This document shows positions 1 to 11,077 of a stretch of DNA of 64,000 nt, piece by piece. The stretch is taken from the NCBI RefSeq assembly GCF_054482595.1, contig NZ_CM137008.1. One strand, given 5' to 3'. Within the stretch, counting starts at the first letter, position 1, and the number at the start of each line of letters is the position of its first letter. Position numbers and translations under genes: made by a program. Under the pieces are notes generated by a model. It saw nothing but the letters and a program-made list of their open reading frames with translations, had not been told where the DNA came from and searched no databases.

Positions 1-130
1 TCGGATGTTAGTCTCTTCTTTGCAGGGAGGCAAGACATGTGTATATCACTGTAATTCGATATTTATGAGCAGCATCGAAAAATAGCCCGCTGATATCATC
101 GATAATACTAAAAAAACAGGGAGGCTATTA

Positions 131-2797
131 ATGGAACCTTTTAAATATATATGCCATTACTGGGGAAAATCCTCAAAAAGCCTGACGAAAGGAAATGATA
201 TTCATCTGTTAATTTATCATTGCCTTGATGTTGCTGCTGTTGCAGATTGCTGGTGGGATCAATCAGTCGTACTGCAAAATACTTTTTGCCGAAATGAAAT
301 GCTATCAAAACAGAGGGTGAAGGCCTGGCTGTTATTTTTCATTGCTCTTCATGATATTGGAAAGTTTGATATACGATTCCAATATAAATCAGCAGAAAGT
401 TGGCTGAAATTAAATCCTGCAACGCCATCACTTAATGGTCCATCAACACAAATGTGCCGTAAATTTAATCATGGTGCAGCCGGTCTGTATTGGTTTAACC
501 AGGATTCACTTTCAGAGCAATCTCCCGGGGATTTTTTCAGTTTTTTTGATGCCGCTCCTCATCCTTATGAGTCCTGGTTTCCATGGGTAGAGGCCGTTAC
601 AGGACATCATGGTTTTATATTACATTCCCAGGATCAAGATAAGTCGCGTTGGGAAATGCCAGCTTCTCTGGCATCTTATGCTGCGCAAGATAAACAGGCT
701 CGTGAGGAGTGGATATCTGTACTCGAAGCATTATTTTTAACGCCAGCCGGGTTATCTATAAACGATATACCACCTGATTGTTCATCACTGTTAGCAGGTT
801 TTTGCTCGCTTGCTGACTGGTTAGGTTCCTGGACCACAACGGATACCTTTCTTTTCAAAGAAGATGCACCTTCAGGAATACAAGCGCTAAGAACATATTT
901 TCAGGATAGACAGCAGGATGCGTGTCGGGTACTGGCGCTGAGTGGCCTTGTATCAAATAAGCGTCGTTATGACGGTGTACATGCCTTACTGGACAATGGC
1001 TATCAACCAAGACAATTACAGGTGTTGGTCGATGCTCTTCCTACAGCTCCCGGGCTGACGGTGATTGAGGCACCTACGGGATCAGGTAAAACCGAAACAG
1101 CGCTGGCCTATGCCTGGAAACTTATTGACCAACAACTTGCGGAGAGTGTTATTTTTGCCCTCCCTACACAAGCTACTGCAAATACAATGCTCAGCAGAAT
1201 GGAAGCGAACGCGAGCCGTTTATTTACCTCCCCAAATCTTATTCTTGCTCATGGTAATTCACGTTTTAACCACCTTTTTCAATCAATAAAATCACGCGCA
1301 TTTACTGAGCAGGGGCAAGAAGAAGCGTGGGTTCAGTGTTGTCAGTGGTTGTCACAAAGCAATAAGAAAGTGTTTCTTGGGCAAATCGGCGTTTGCACTA
1401 TTGATCAGGTGTTGATATCGGTATTGCCAGTTAAACACCGCTTTATCCGTGGTTTGGGAATTGGTCGAAGTGTTTTAATTGTTGATGAAGTTCATGCTTA
1501 CGACACCTATATGAACGGCTTGCTGGAGGCAGTGCTCAAGGCTCAGGCTGATGTGGGAGGGAGTGTTATTCTTCTTTCCGCAACCCTACCAATGAAACAA
1601 AAACAGAAACTTCTGGATACTTATGGTCTGCATACAGATCCAGTGGAAAATAACTCCGCATATCCACTTATTAACTGGCGAGGTGTGAATGGTGCGCAAC
1701 GTTTTGATCTGCCAGCTCATCCAGAACAACTCCCGCCCCGCTTTTCGATTCAGCCAGAACCTATTTATTTAGCTGACATGTTACCTGACCTTACGATGTT
1801 AGAGCGAATGATCGCAGCGGCAAACGCGGGTGCACAAGTCTGCCTCATTTGCAATTTGGTTGACGTTGCACAACTATGCTTCCAACGGCTAAAGGAACTA
1901 AATGACACGCAAGTAGATATAGATTTGTTTCATGCGCGCTTTACGCTGAACGATCGTCGTGAAAAAGAGAATCGTGTCATTAGCAATTTCGGAAAAAATG
2001 GGGAGCGAAATGTTGGACGAATACTTGTCGCCACCCAGGTCGTGGAACAATCACTCGATGTAGATTTTGATTGGTTAATTACCCAGCATTGTCCCGCTGA
2101 TTTGCTTTTCCAACGATTAGGCCGTTTACATCGCCATCATCGTAAATATCGTCCCGCCGGTTTTGAGATTCCTCTGGCAACCGTTTTGCTGCCTGATGGC
2201 GAAGGTTACGGACGACATGAGCATATTTATAGCAACGTTAGAGTCATGTGGCGGACGCAGCAACATATTGAGGAACTTAATGGAGCATCCTTATTTTTCC
2301 CTGATGCCTACCGGCAATGGCTGGATAGCATTTACGATGATGCTGAAATGGATGAGCCAGAATGGGTCATCAAAGGCATGGATAAGTTTGAAAGCGCTGA
2401 GTGTGAAAAGAGGTTCAAGGCTCGCAAGGTTCTGCAGTGGGCTGAAGAATATAGTTTGCAGGATAACGATGAAACCATTCTTGCGGTAACGAGGGATGGG
2501 GAAATGAGCCTGCCATTATTGCCTTATGTACAAACGTCTTCAGGTAAACAACTGCTCGATGGCCAGGTCTACGAGGACCTAAGTCATGAACAGCAGTATG
2601 AGGCTTTAGCACTTAATCGCGTCAATGTGCCATTTACCTGGAAACGTAGTTTTTCTGAAGTAGTCGATGAAGATGGGTTACTTTGGCTGGAAGGAAGGCA
2701 GAATCAGGATGGATGGATCTGGCAGGGTAACAGTATTGTTATTACCTACACTCGGGATGAAGGGATGACCAGAGTCATCCCTGCAAATCCCAAATAA
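131..2797 (+). CDS. cas3: Cas3 HD-nuclease/helicase, type I-E (888 aa)
   Basis: ORF translation matches remembered E. coli Cas3/YgcB at full length; followed by casABCDE-cas1-cas2 and CRISPR array. Confidence 0.95.
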   Translation: MEPFKYICHYWGKSSKSLTKGNDIHLLIYHCLDVAAVADCWWDQSVVLQNTFCRNEMLSKQRVKAWLLFFIALHDIGKFDIRFQYKSAESWLKLNPATPSLNGPSTQMCRKFNHGAAGLYWFNQDSLSEQSPGDFFSFFDAAPHPYESWFPWVEAVTGHHGFILHSQDQDKSRWEMPASLASYAAQDKQAREEWISVLEALFLTPAGLSINDIPPDCSSLLAGFCSLADWLGSWTTTDTFLFKEDAPSGIQALRTYFQDRQQDACRVLALSGLVSNKRRYDGVHALLDNGYQPRQLQVLVDALPTAPGLTVIEAPTGSGKTETALAYAWKLIDQQLAESVIFALPTQATANTMLSRMEANASRLFTSPNLILAHGNSRFNHLFQSIKSRAFTEQGQEEAWVQCCQWLSQSNKKVFLGQIGVCTIDQVLISVLPVKHRFIRGLGIGRSVLIVDEVHAYDTYMNGLLEAVLKAQADVGGSVILLSATLPMKQKQKLLDTYGLHTDPVENNSAYPLINWRGVNGAQRFDLPAHPEQLPPRFSIQPEPIYLADMLPDLTMLERMIAAANAGAQVCLICNLVDVAQLCFQRLKELNDTQVDIDLFHARFTLNDRREKENRVISNFGKNGERNVGRILVATQVVEQSLDVDFDWLITQHCPADLLFQRLGRLHRHHRKYRPAGFEIPLATVLLPDGEGYGRHEHIYSNVRVMWRTQQHIEELNGASLFFPDAYRQWLDSIYDDAEMDEPEWVIKGMDKFESAECEKRFKARKVLQWAEEYSLQDNDETILAVTRDGEMSLPLLPYVQTSSGKQLLDGQVYEDLSHEQQYEALALNRVNVPFTWKRSFSEVVDEDGLLWLEGRQNQDGWIWQGNSIVITYTRDEGMTRVIPANPK

Positions 2798-3211
2798 CTT
2801 CGGGAATGATTGGTATCAATGACGATAACAAGACCAATAACGGTTTATCCCTACTTAAGTAGGGAAGGTGCACAATGTACATCTTCTTTTAATTTCCCGG
2901 TATGAGATTTTATATTCGCAGTATGAATATTTTATGTAATAAAATTTATGGTAATTATTATAACTAAAAGTTTCTTTGATAATAAAACGAATAACTTGCA
3001 GATTTGAAATGCATGCATTATTGTCTTTAAACAATTCAACACATCTTAATATATGTATAGGTTAATTGTATTAAACCAATGAATATATTTTTGCAGTGAA
3101 TGTGATTATTGAATTAATTACGCCGTATTTTTTCTTTGTTTTTACCGATAACGGAAGTGTGCCGACGTATAGAAATGCAGGAGAAATGTCGGAGCATATG
3201 AAGGAGAACAA
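2798..3211. promoter_or_regulatory. AT-rich cas3-casA intergenic region; expected location of the cas operon promoter (H-NS/LeuO controlled in K-12); contains a 16-bp perfect palindrome at 2849-2864
   Basis: Position and AT-richness seen in sequence; promoter assignment by analogy to K-12, no motif mapped precisely. Confidence 0.45.
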
Positions 3212-4720
3212 ATGAATTTGCTTATTGATAACTGGATCCCTGTACGCCCGCGAAACGGGGGGAAAGTCCAAATCATAAATCTGCAATCGCTATACTGCAG
3301 TAGAGATCAGTGGCGATTAAGTTTGCCCCGTGACGATATGGAACTGGCCGCTTTAGCACTGCTGGTTTGCATTGGGCAAATTATCGACCCGGCAAAAGAT
3401 GACGTTGAATTTCGACATCGCATAATGAATCCGTTCACTGAAGATGGGTTTCAACAACTCATCGCGCCGTGGATAGATATGTTCTACCTTAATCACGCAG
3501 AACATCCCTTTATGCAGACCAAAGGTGTCAAAGCAAATGATGTGACTCCAATGGAAAAACTGTTGGCAGGGGTAAGCGGCGCGACGAATTGTGCTTTTGT
3601 CAATCAACCGGGTCAGGGTGAAGCATTATGTGGTGGATGCACTGCGATTGCGTTATTCAACCAGGCGAATCAGGCACCTGGTTTTGGTGGTGGCTTTAAA
3701 AGTGGTTTACGTGGAGGAACACCTATAACCACCTTCGTACGTGGGATCGATCTTCGCTCGACGGTGTTACTCAATGTCCTCACAATACCTCGTCTTCAAA
3801 AACAATTTCCCAATGAATCACATACGGAAAACCAACCTACCTGGGTTAAGCCTGTCAAACCCAATGAATCTGTGCCAGCTTCGTCAATTGGCTTTGTCCG
3901 CGGCTTATTCTGGCAACCAGCGCATATTGAATTATGCGACCCCATTGGGATTGGAAAATGTTCTTGCTGTGGGCAGGAAAGCAATTTGCGTTATACCGGT
4001 TTTCTTAAGGAAAAATTTACCTTTACAGTTAATGGGCTATGGCCCCATCCGCATTCCCCTTGTCTGGTAACAGTCAAGAAAGGGGAGGTTGAGGAAAAAT
4101 TTCTTGCTTTCACCACCTCCGCACCATCATGGACACAAATCAGCCGAGTTGTGGTAGATAAGATTATTCAAAATGAAAATGGAAATCGCGTGGCGGCGGT
4201 TGTGAATCAATTCAGAAATATTGCGCCGCAAAGTCCTCTTGAATTGATTATGGGGGGATATCGTAATAATCAAGCATCTATTCTTGAACGGCGTCATGAT
4301 GTGTTGATGTTTAATCAGGGGTGGCAACAATACGGCAATGTGATAAACGAAATAGTGACTGTTGGTTTGGGATATAAAACAGCCTTACGCAAGGCGTTAT
4401 ATACCTTTGCAGAAGGGTTTAAAAATAAAGACTTCAAAGGGGCCGGAGTTTCTGTTCATGAGACTGCAGAAAGGCATTTCTATCGACAGAGTGAATTATT
4501 AATTCCCGATGTACTGGCGAATATTAATTTTTCCCAGGCTGATGAGGTAATAGCTGATTTACGAGACAAACTTCATCAATTGTGTGAAATGCTATTTAAT
4601 CAATCTGTAGCTCCCTATGCACATCATCCTAAATTAATAAACACATTAGCGCTTGCCCGCGCCACGCTATACAAACATTTACGGGAGTTAAAACCGCAAG
4701 GAGGGCCATCAAATGGCTGA
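3212..4720 (+). CDS. casA: Cascade large subunit CasA/Cse1 (502 aa)
   Basis: ORF length and N-terminus MNLLIDNWIPVRPRNGGKVQIINL match E. coli CasA. Confidence 0.95.
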   Translation: MNLLIDNWIPVRPRNGGKVQIINLQSLYCSRDQWRLSLPRDDMELAALALLVCIGQIIDPAKDDVEFRHRIMNPFTEDGFQQLIAPWIDMFYLNHAEHPFMQTKGVKANDVTPMEKLLAGVSGATNCAFVNQPGQGEALCGGCTAIALFNQANQAPGFGGGFKSGLRGGTPITTFVRGIDLRSTVLLNVLTIPRLQKQFPNESHTENQPTWVKPVKPNESVPASSIGFVRGLFWQPAHIELCDPIGIGKCSCCGQESNLRYTGFLKEKFTFTVNGLWPHPHSPCLVTVKKGEVEEKFLAFTTSAPSWTQISRVVVDKIIQNENGNRVAAVVNQFRNIAPQSPLELIMGGYRNNQASILERRHDVLMFNQGWQQYGNVINEIVTVGLGYKTALRKALYTFAEGFKNKDFKGAGVSVHETAERHFYRQSELLIPDVLANINFSQADEVIADLRDKLHQLCEMLFNQSVAPYAHHPKLINTLALARATLYKHLRELKPQGGPSNG

Positions 4721-5195
4721 TGAAATTGATGCAATGGCTTTATATCGAGCCTGGCAACAACTGGATAATGGAGCATGTGCGCAAATTAGACGTGTTTCAG
4801 AACCTGATGAATTACGCGATATCCCTGCGTTTTATAGGCTGGTGCAACCTTTTGGTTGGGAAAACCCACGTCACCAGCAGGCTCTTTTGCGCATGGTGTT
4901 TTGCCTGAGCGCAGGAAAGAATGTCATCCGACATCAGGACAAAAAACCGGAGCAAACAACAGGTATCTCGTTGGGAAGAGCTTTAGCCAATAGTGGAAGA
5001 ATTAACGAGCGCCGTATCTTTCAATTAATTCGGGCTGACAGAACAGCCGATATGGTCCAGTTACGTCGATTACTTACTCACGCCGAACCCGTACTTGACT
5101 GGCCATTAATGGCCAGGATGTTGACCTGGTGGGGAAAGCGCGAACGCCAGCAACTTCTGGAAGATTTTGTATTGACCACAAACAAAAATGCGTAA
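4713..5195 (+). CDS. casB: Cascade small subunit CasB/Cse2 (160 aa)
   Basis: 160-aa ORF overlapping casA stop, operon position. Confidence 0.93.
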   Translation: MADEIDAMALYRAWQQLDNGACAQIRRVSEPDELRDIPAFYRLVQPFGWENPRHQQALLRMVFCLSAGKNVIRHQDKKPEQTTGISLGRALANSGRINERRIFQLIRADRTADMVQLRRLLTHAEPVLDWPLMARMLTWWGKRERQQLLEDFVLTTNKNA

Positions 5196-5207
5196 GGAAA
5201 CCTTTCT

Positions 5208-6299
5208 ATGTCTAACTTTATCAATATTCATGTTCTGATCTCTCACAGCCCTTCATGTCTGAACCGCGACGATATGAACATGCAGAAAGACGCTATTTTC
5301 GGCGGGAAAAGACGAGTAAGAATTTCAAGTCAAAGCCTTAAACGTGCGATGCGTAAAAGTGATTATTACGCACAAAATATTGGTGAATCCAGTCTCAGAA
5401 CAATTCATCTTGCACAATTACGTGATGTTCTTCGGCAAAAACTTGGTGAACGTTTTGACCAAAAAATCATCGATAAGACATTAGCGCTGCTCTCCGGTAA
5501 ATCAGTTGATGAAGCCGAAAAGATTTCTGCCGATGCGGTTACTCCCTGGGTTGTGGGAGAAATAGCCTGGTTCTGTGAGCAGGTTGCAAAAGCAGAGGCT
5601 GATAATCTGGATGATAAAAAGCTGCTCAAAGTTCTTAAGGAAGATATTGCCGCCATACGTGTGGATTTACAGCAGGGTGTTGATATTGCGCTTAGTGGAA
5701 GAATGGCAACCAGCGGCATGATGAGTGAGTTGGGAAAAGTTGATGGTGCAATGTCCATTGCGCATGCGATCACTACTCATCAGGTTGATTCTGATATTGA
5801 CTGGTTCACCGCTGTAGATGATTTACAGGAACAAGGTTCTGCACATCTGGGAACTCAGGAATTTTCATCGGGTGTTTTTTATCGTTATGCCAACATTAAC
5901 CTCGCTCAACTTCAGGAAAATTTAGGTGGTGCCTCCAGGGAGCAGGCTCTGGAAATTGCAACCCATGTTGTTCATATGCTGGCAACAGAGGTCCCTGGAG
6001 CAAAACAGCGTACTTATGCCGCTTTTAACCCTGCGGATATGGTAATGGTTAATTTCTCCGATATGCCACTTTCTATGGCAAATGCTTTTGAAAAAGCGGT
6101 TAAAGCGAAAGATGGCTTTTTGCAACCGTCTATACAGGCGTTTAATCAATATTGGGATCGCGTTGCCAATGGATATGGTCTGAACGGAGCTGCTGCGCAA
6201 TTCAGCTTATCTGATGTAGACCCAATTACTGCTCAAGTTAAACAAATGCCTACTTTAGAACAGTTAAAATCCTGGGTTCGTAATAATGGCGAGGCGTGA
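5208..6299 (+). CDS. casC: Cascade backbone subunit CasC/Cas7 (363 aa)
   Basis: 363-aa ORF, operon position. Confidence 0.95.
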   Translation: MSNFINIHVLISHSPSCLNRDDMNMQKDAIFGGKRRVRISSQSLKRAMRKSDYYAQNIGESSLRTIHLAQLRDVLRQKLGERFDQKIIDKTLALLSGKSVDEAEKISADAVTPWVVGEIAWFCEQVAKAEADNLDDKKLLKVLKEDIAAIRVDLQQGVDIALSGRMATSGMMSELGKVDGAMSIAHAITTHQVDSDIDWFTAVDDLQEQGSAHLGTQEFSSGVFYRYANINLAQLQENLGGASREQALEIATHVVHMLATEVPGAKQRTYAAFNPADMVMVNFSDMPLSMANAFEKAVKAKDGFLQPSIQAFNQYWDRVANGYGLNGAAAQFSLSDVDPITAQVKQMPTLEQLKSWVRNNGEA

Positions 6300-6301
6300 A
6301 C

Positions 6302-6976
6302 ATGAGATCTTATTTGATCTTGCGGCTTGCTGGGCCAATGCAAGCCTGGGGGCAGCCGACCTTTGAAGGAACGCGACCTACCGGAAGATTTCCGACCCGA
6401 AGCGGGTTATTAGGGCTACTCGGGGCTTGTCTTGGGATCCAACGTGATGATACTTCTTCATTACAGGCGTTATCAGAGAGTGTGCAATTTGCAGTGCGCT
6501 GCGATGAACTCATTCTTGACGATCGTCGTGTGTCTGTAACGGGGTTGCGTGATTACCATACAGTCCTTGGAGCGCGAGAAGATTACCGTGGTTTGAAAAG
6601 TCATGAAACGATTCAAACATGGCGCGAATATTTATGTGATGCCTCCTTTACCGTCGCTCTCTGGTTAACACCCCATGCAACGATGGTTATCTCAGAACTT
6701 GAAAAAGCAGTATTAAAGCCTCGGTATACACCCTACCTGGGGCGGAGAAGTTGCCCACTAACACACCCGCTTTTTTTGGGGACATGTCAGGCATCGGATC
6801 CTCAGAAGGCGCTATTAAATTATGAGCCCGTTGGCGGCGATATATATAGTGAGGAATCAGTTACAGGGCATCATTTAAAATTTACGGCGCGCGACGAACC
6901 GATGATCACCTTACCTCGACAATTTGCTTCCCGAGAATGGTATGTGATTAAAGGAGGTATGGATGTATCTCAGTAA
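6302..6976 (+). CDS. casD: Cascade subunit CasD/Cas5 (224 aa from ATG at 6302)
   Basis: ORF 6296-6976; N-terminus MRSYLILRLAGPMQAWGQPTFEG from the ATG at 6302 matches CasD. Confidence 0.93.
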   Translation: MRSYLILRLAGPMQAWGQPTFEGTRPTGRFPTRSGLLGLLGACLGIQRDDTSSLQALSESVQFAVRCDELILDDRRVSVTGLRDYHTVLGAREDYRGLKSHETIQTWREYLCDASFTVALWLTPHATMVISELEKAVLKPRYTPYLGRRSCPLTHPLFLGTCQASDPQKALLNYEPVGGDIYSEESVTGHHLKFTARDEPMITLPRQFASREWYVIKGGMDVSQ

Positions 6977-7562
6977 AGTCATCATTGCCAGGGCCTGGAG
7001 CAGGGATCTTTACCAACTTCACCAGGGATTATGGCATTTATTTCCAAACAGACCGGATGCTGCTCGTGATTTTCTTTTTCATGTTGAGAAGCGAAACACA
7101 CCAGAAGGCTGTCATGTTTTATTGCAGTCAGCGCAAATGCCTGTTTCAACTGCCGTTGCGACAGTCATTAAAACTAAACAGGTTGAATTTCAACTTCAGG
7201 TTGGTGTTCCACTCTATTTTCGGCTTCGGGCAAATCCGATCAAAACTATTCTCGACAATCAAAAGCGCCTGGACAGTAAAGGGAATATTAAACGCTGTCG
7301 GGTTCCGTTAATAAAAGAAGCAGAACAAATCGCGTGGTTGCAACGTAAATTGGGCAATGCGGCGCGCGTTGAAGATGTGCATCCCATATCGGAACGGCCA
7401 CAGTATTTTTCTGGTGATGGTAAAAGTGGAAAGATCCAAACGGTTTGCTTTGAAGGTGTGCTCACCATCAACGACGCGCCAGCGTTAATAGATCTTGTAC
7501 AGCAAGGTATTGGGCCAGCTAAATCGATGGGATGTGGCTTGCTATCTTTGGCTCCACTGTGA
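6963..7562 (+). CDS. casE: CRISPR repeat endoribonuclease CasE/Cas6e (199 aa)
   Basis: 199-aa ORF, operon position. Confidence 0.95.
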   Translation: MYLSKVIIARAWSRDLYQLHQGLWHLFPNRPDAARDFLFHVEKRNTPEGCHVLLQSAQMPVSTAVATVIKTKQVEFQLQVGVPLYFRLRANPIKTILDNQKRLDSKGNIKRCRVPLIKEAEQIAWLQRKLGNAARVEDVHPISERPQYFSGDGKSGKIQTVCFEGVLTINDAPALIDLVQQGIGPAKSMGCGLLSLAPL

Positions 7563-7577
7563 TTGAGGTGTAATAAA

Positions 7578-8780
<1,203 letters not shown>

Positions 8781-8885
8781 AAACAAAGAATTAGCTGATC
8801 TTTAATAATAAGGAAATGTTACATTAAGGTTGGTGGGTTGTTTTTATGGGAAAAAATGCTTTCAGAACAAATGTATACTTTTAGA
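8781..8885 (+). promoter_or_regulatory. CRISPR leader, AT-rich, between cas2 and the first repeat
   Basis: AT-rich ~105 bp directly upstream of repeat 1; canonical repeats are leader-proximal. Confidence 0.7.
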
Positions 8886-9768
8886 GAGTTCCCCGCGCCA
8901 GCGGGGATAAACCGCATTTAATGCAAAACTAATTGCACAATAAATAGAGTTCCCCGCGCCAGCGGGGATAAACCGGCGATAAACCTCCTCATCGCTGATA
9001 TCAATAAGAGTTCCCCGCGCCAGCGGGGATAAACCGATAAAGGCTCGGCGGCGCAAAAAATGGCACGGGAGTTCCCCGCGCCAGCGGGGATAAACCGCTC
9101 TCGTTGTTGTGCCTCAGTACCGGTGCGCGGAGTTCCCCGCGCCAGCGGGGATAAACCGCACACCGGTGCGACGGGAAACGTTCAGCGGCCGAGTTCCCCG
9201 CGCCAGCGGGGATAAACCGGGAATAGTTAATTTCGGTGATGGCTGCGTAAAGAGTTCCCCGCGGCAGCGGGGATAAACCGAGTAATGCTGCGTTGAGATG
9301 ACCAGGCGGGCTGAGTTCCCCGCGGCAGCGGGGATAAACCGTTGACGCCAGCGGCGACCCGCGCCACGGGCTTGAGTTCCCCGCGCCAGCGGGGATAAAC
9401 CGTAGCCAGACGTACTCGCAATCTGTCGGCGGTCGAGTTCCCCGCGCCAGCGGGGATAAACCACCAGTTCTCCGTATTCTGTGGTTATCGTTGCTGAGTT
9501 CCCCGCGCCAGCGGGGATAAACCGGGAGTTCAGACATAGGTGGAATGATGGACTACGAGTTCCCCGCGTTAGCGGGGATAAACCGCCCGGTAGCCAGGTT
9601 TGCAACGCCTGAACCGAGAGTTCCCCGCGCCAGCAGGGATAAACCGGCAACGACGGTGAGATTTCACGCCTGACGCTGGTGTTCCCCGCGCCAGCGGGGA
9701 TAAACCGGGCGCACTGGATGCGATGATGGATATCACTGAGAATTCCCCGCCCCTGCGGTAGAACACCC
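8886..9768 (+). CRISPR. Type I-E CRISPR array: 15 repeats of 29 bp (GAGTTCCCCGCGCCAGCGGGGATAAACCG) and 14 spacers of 31-33 bp, period ~61 bp; terminal repeat at 9740-9768 is degenerate
   Basis: Repeat starts at 8886, 8947, 9007, 9069, 9130, 9191, 9252, 9313, 9374, 9435, 9496, 9557, 9618, 9679, 9740; variants in repeats 7, 8, 10, 12, 13, 14. Confidence 0.97.
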
Positions 9769-9788
9769 AGCTCCCATTTTCCAACCCA

Positions 9789-10826
9789 TCAAGACGCCTT
9801 CGCCAGCTCCTTCACCAACGGTAGCATTATCCGCATAACATCACGGCAGCGACGTTCTATTCTTCCAGGAAGTGCCTTATCAATATGTTGTTGATTATCC
9901 AGTCTTACGTCATGCCAGCTATTTCCCGCCGGGAAGGCAGGTGTTTTTGCGCGTTGCTGATAACCATCCTTATTCCCAAGATTCCAGTTAGTCGCTTCCA
10001 CCGAAAGTACAGCAATGCCCGCTTTGTCGAATATTTCTGCGTCATTACAACACCCAGTGCCTTTCGGATAATTTTTATTCAAACCCGGATTGGTCGTTGC
10101 GGCAATTCCATGACTACGCGCAATTGCCAGCGCCCTGTCGCGCGTTAATTTCCTTACTGCTTCAGGGGTTTTTACACCGCTGTTGAAATACAATTTATCG
10201 CCAACAATTAAGTTATCGAGATTAATCACCAGCAGCGTATTTTTCTTTTCGGTGTCACTCATCCGCTTGAGTAAATTCTCAGCGCCTAATTTCCCTTCCT
10301 CTTCGCCGCTGGTCGCCACAAATCGAATACCATACTCGGTAGGCGTATTTTTCAGGCGTTCTGCCAATTCCAGCATGACACCTAAACCTGCGGCGTTATC
10401 ATCCATTCCTTGTAACGTCAGCCCGCCGAGATTGGCATCGGCGTCAGCATCGCTCAGCGGGGCGTAAGTATCCAGATGCGCCATAATGATGATCTGCTGC
10501 GGGGCTTTGCCTTCATGAGCGGCAATCACCGTACTTCCCGTCACGTTATGCCAGCTCTTACGATTATCGCGGGCGGTATAAATATACCGACTATTAAATG
10601 TCCGAATATCACTGCGATAACCCATTTGCTGAAACTGTTGGCGAATATAATCGGCAGATAACATTTCTGCAGGAGTTCCGGTCATGCGTCCCGGAAAGAA
10701 AGTAGCAATATGTCGTGCCTGAGTATTAGCAAAATCGCCAGGTTTAGGTGACGAGGCGTGTACGGGGAGAATAAAGCATACGCCGAGCGCCAAGGCAGCG
10801 GTACGGTGGCGCAATGCGGAAAACAT
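9789..10826 (-). CDS. iap: Alkaline phosphatase isozyme conversion aminopeptidase (345 aa)
   Basis: 345-aa ORF with signal-peptide-like N-terminus MFSALRHRTAALALGVCFILPVHA; adjacent to CRISPR trailer as in E. coli. Confidence 0.9.
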   Translation of the reverse strand: MFSALRHRTAALALGVCFILPVHASSPKPGDFANTQARHIATFFPGRMTGTPAEMLSADYIRQQFQQMGYRSDIRTFNSRYIYTARDNRKSWHNVTGSTVIAAHEGKAPQQIIIMAHLDTYAPLSDADADANLGGLTLQGMDDNAAGLGVMLELAERLKNTPTEYGIRFVATSGEEEGKLGAENLLKRMSDTEKKNTLLVINLDNLIVGDKLYFNSGVKTPEAVRKLTRDRALAIARSHGIAATTNPGLNKNYPKGTGCCNDAEIFDKAGIAVLSVEATNWNLGNKDGYQQRAKTPAFPAGNSWHDVRLDNQQHIDKALPGRIERRCRDVMRIMLPLVKELAKAS

Positions 10827-11077
10827 AGTGAGTCCTTAAATACCATGCAAATTTTTTTACCGCCATAGTATGAAACTGCCGCTGCGCTAAAACAATTTCA
10901 AATCTTCCTAAACGCCCGAAATCCGGTGCCTTAAGCACTTTTTGATATTAGCTTTGCCAAATCGTTATTCCGTTAAGGAACTACTCATTCTAATTGGTAA
11001 TTTCATTCGTTCTCTTACGCTCCCTATAGTCGAAACATCTGATGGCAAGAAAATAGCGGTATTGCAAAGGAACGGTT

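Noticed and set aside
8886-9768. Self-targeting spacer (a spacer matching elsewhere in this 64-kb window)
   Set aside because: No spacer obviously recurs in the window by eye; this was not an exhaustive search, so it is listed as a check under the CRISPR finding rather than a claim.
8862-9784. Overlapping minus-strand ORFs of 64-178 aa across the CRISPR array (8862-9056, 8918-9163, 9001-9537, 9114-9650, 9227-9421, 9569-9784) with repetitive peptides (RFIPAGAGNS, GLSPLARGT, VYPRWRGEL)
   Set aside because: They are translations of the 29-bp repeat read in different frames; the periodic peptide repeats track the ~61-bp unit. Not protein-coding.
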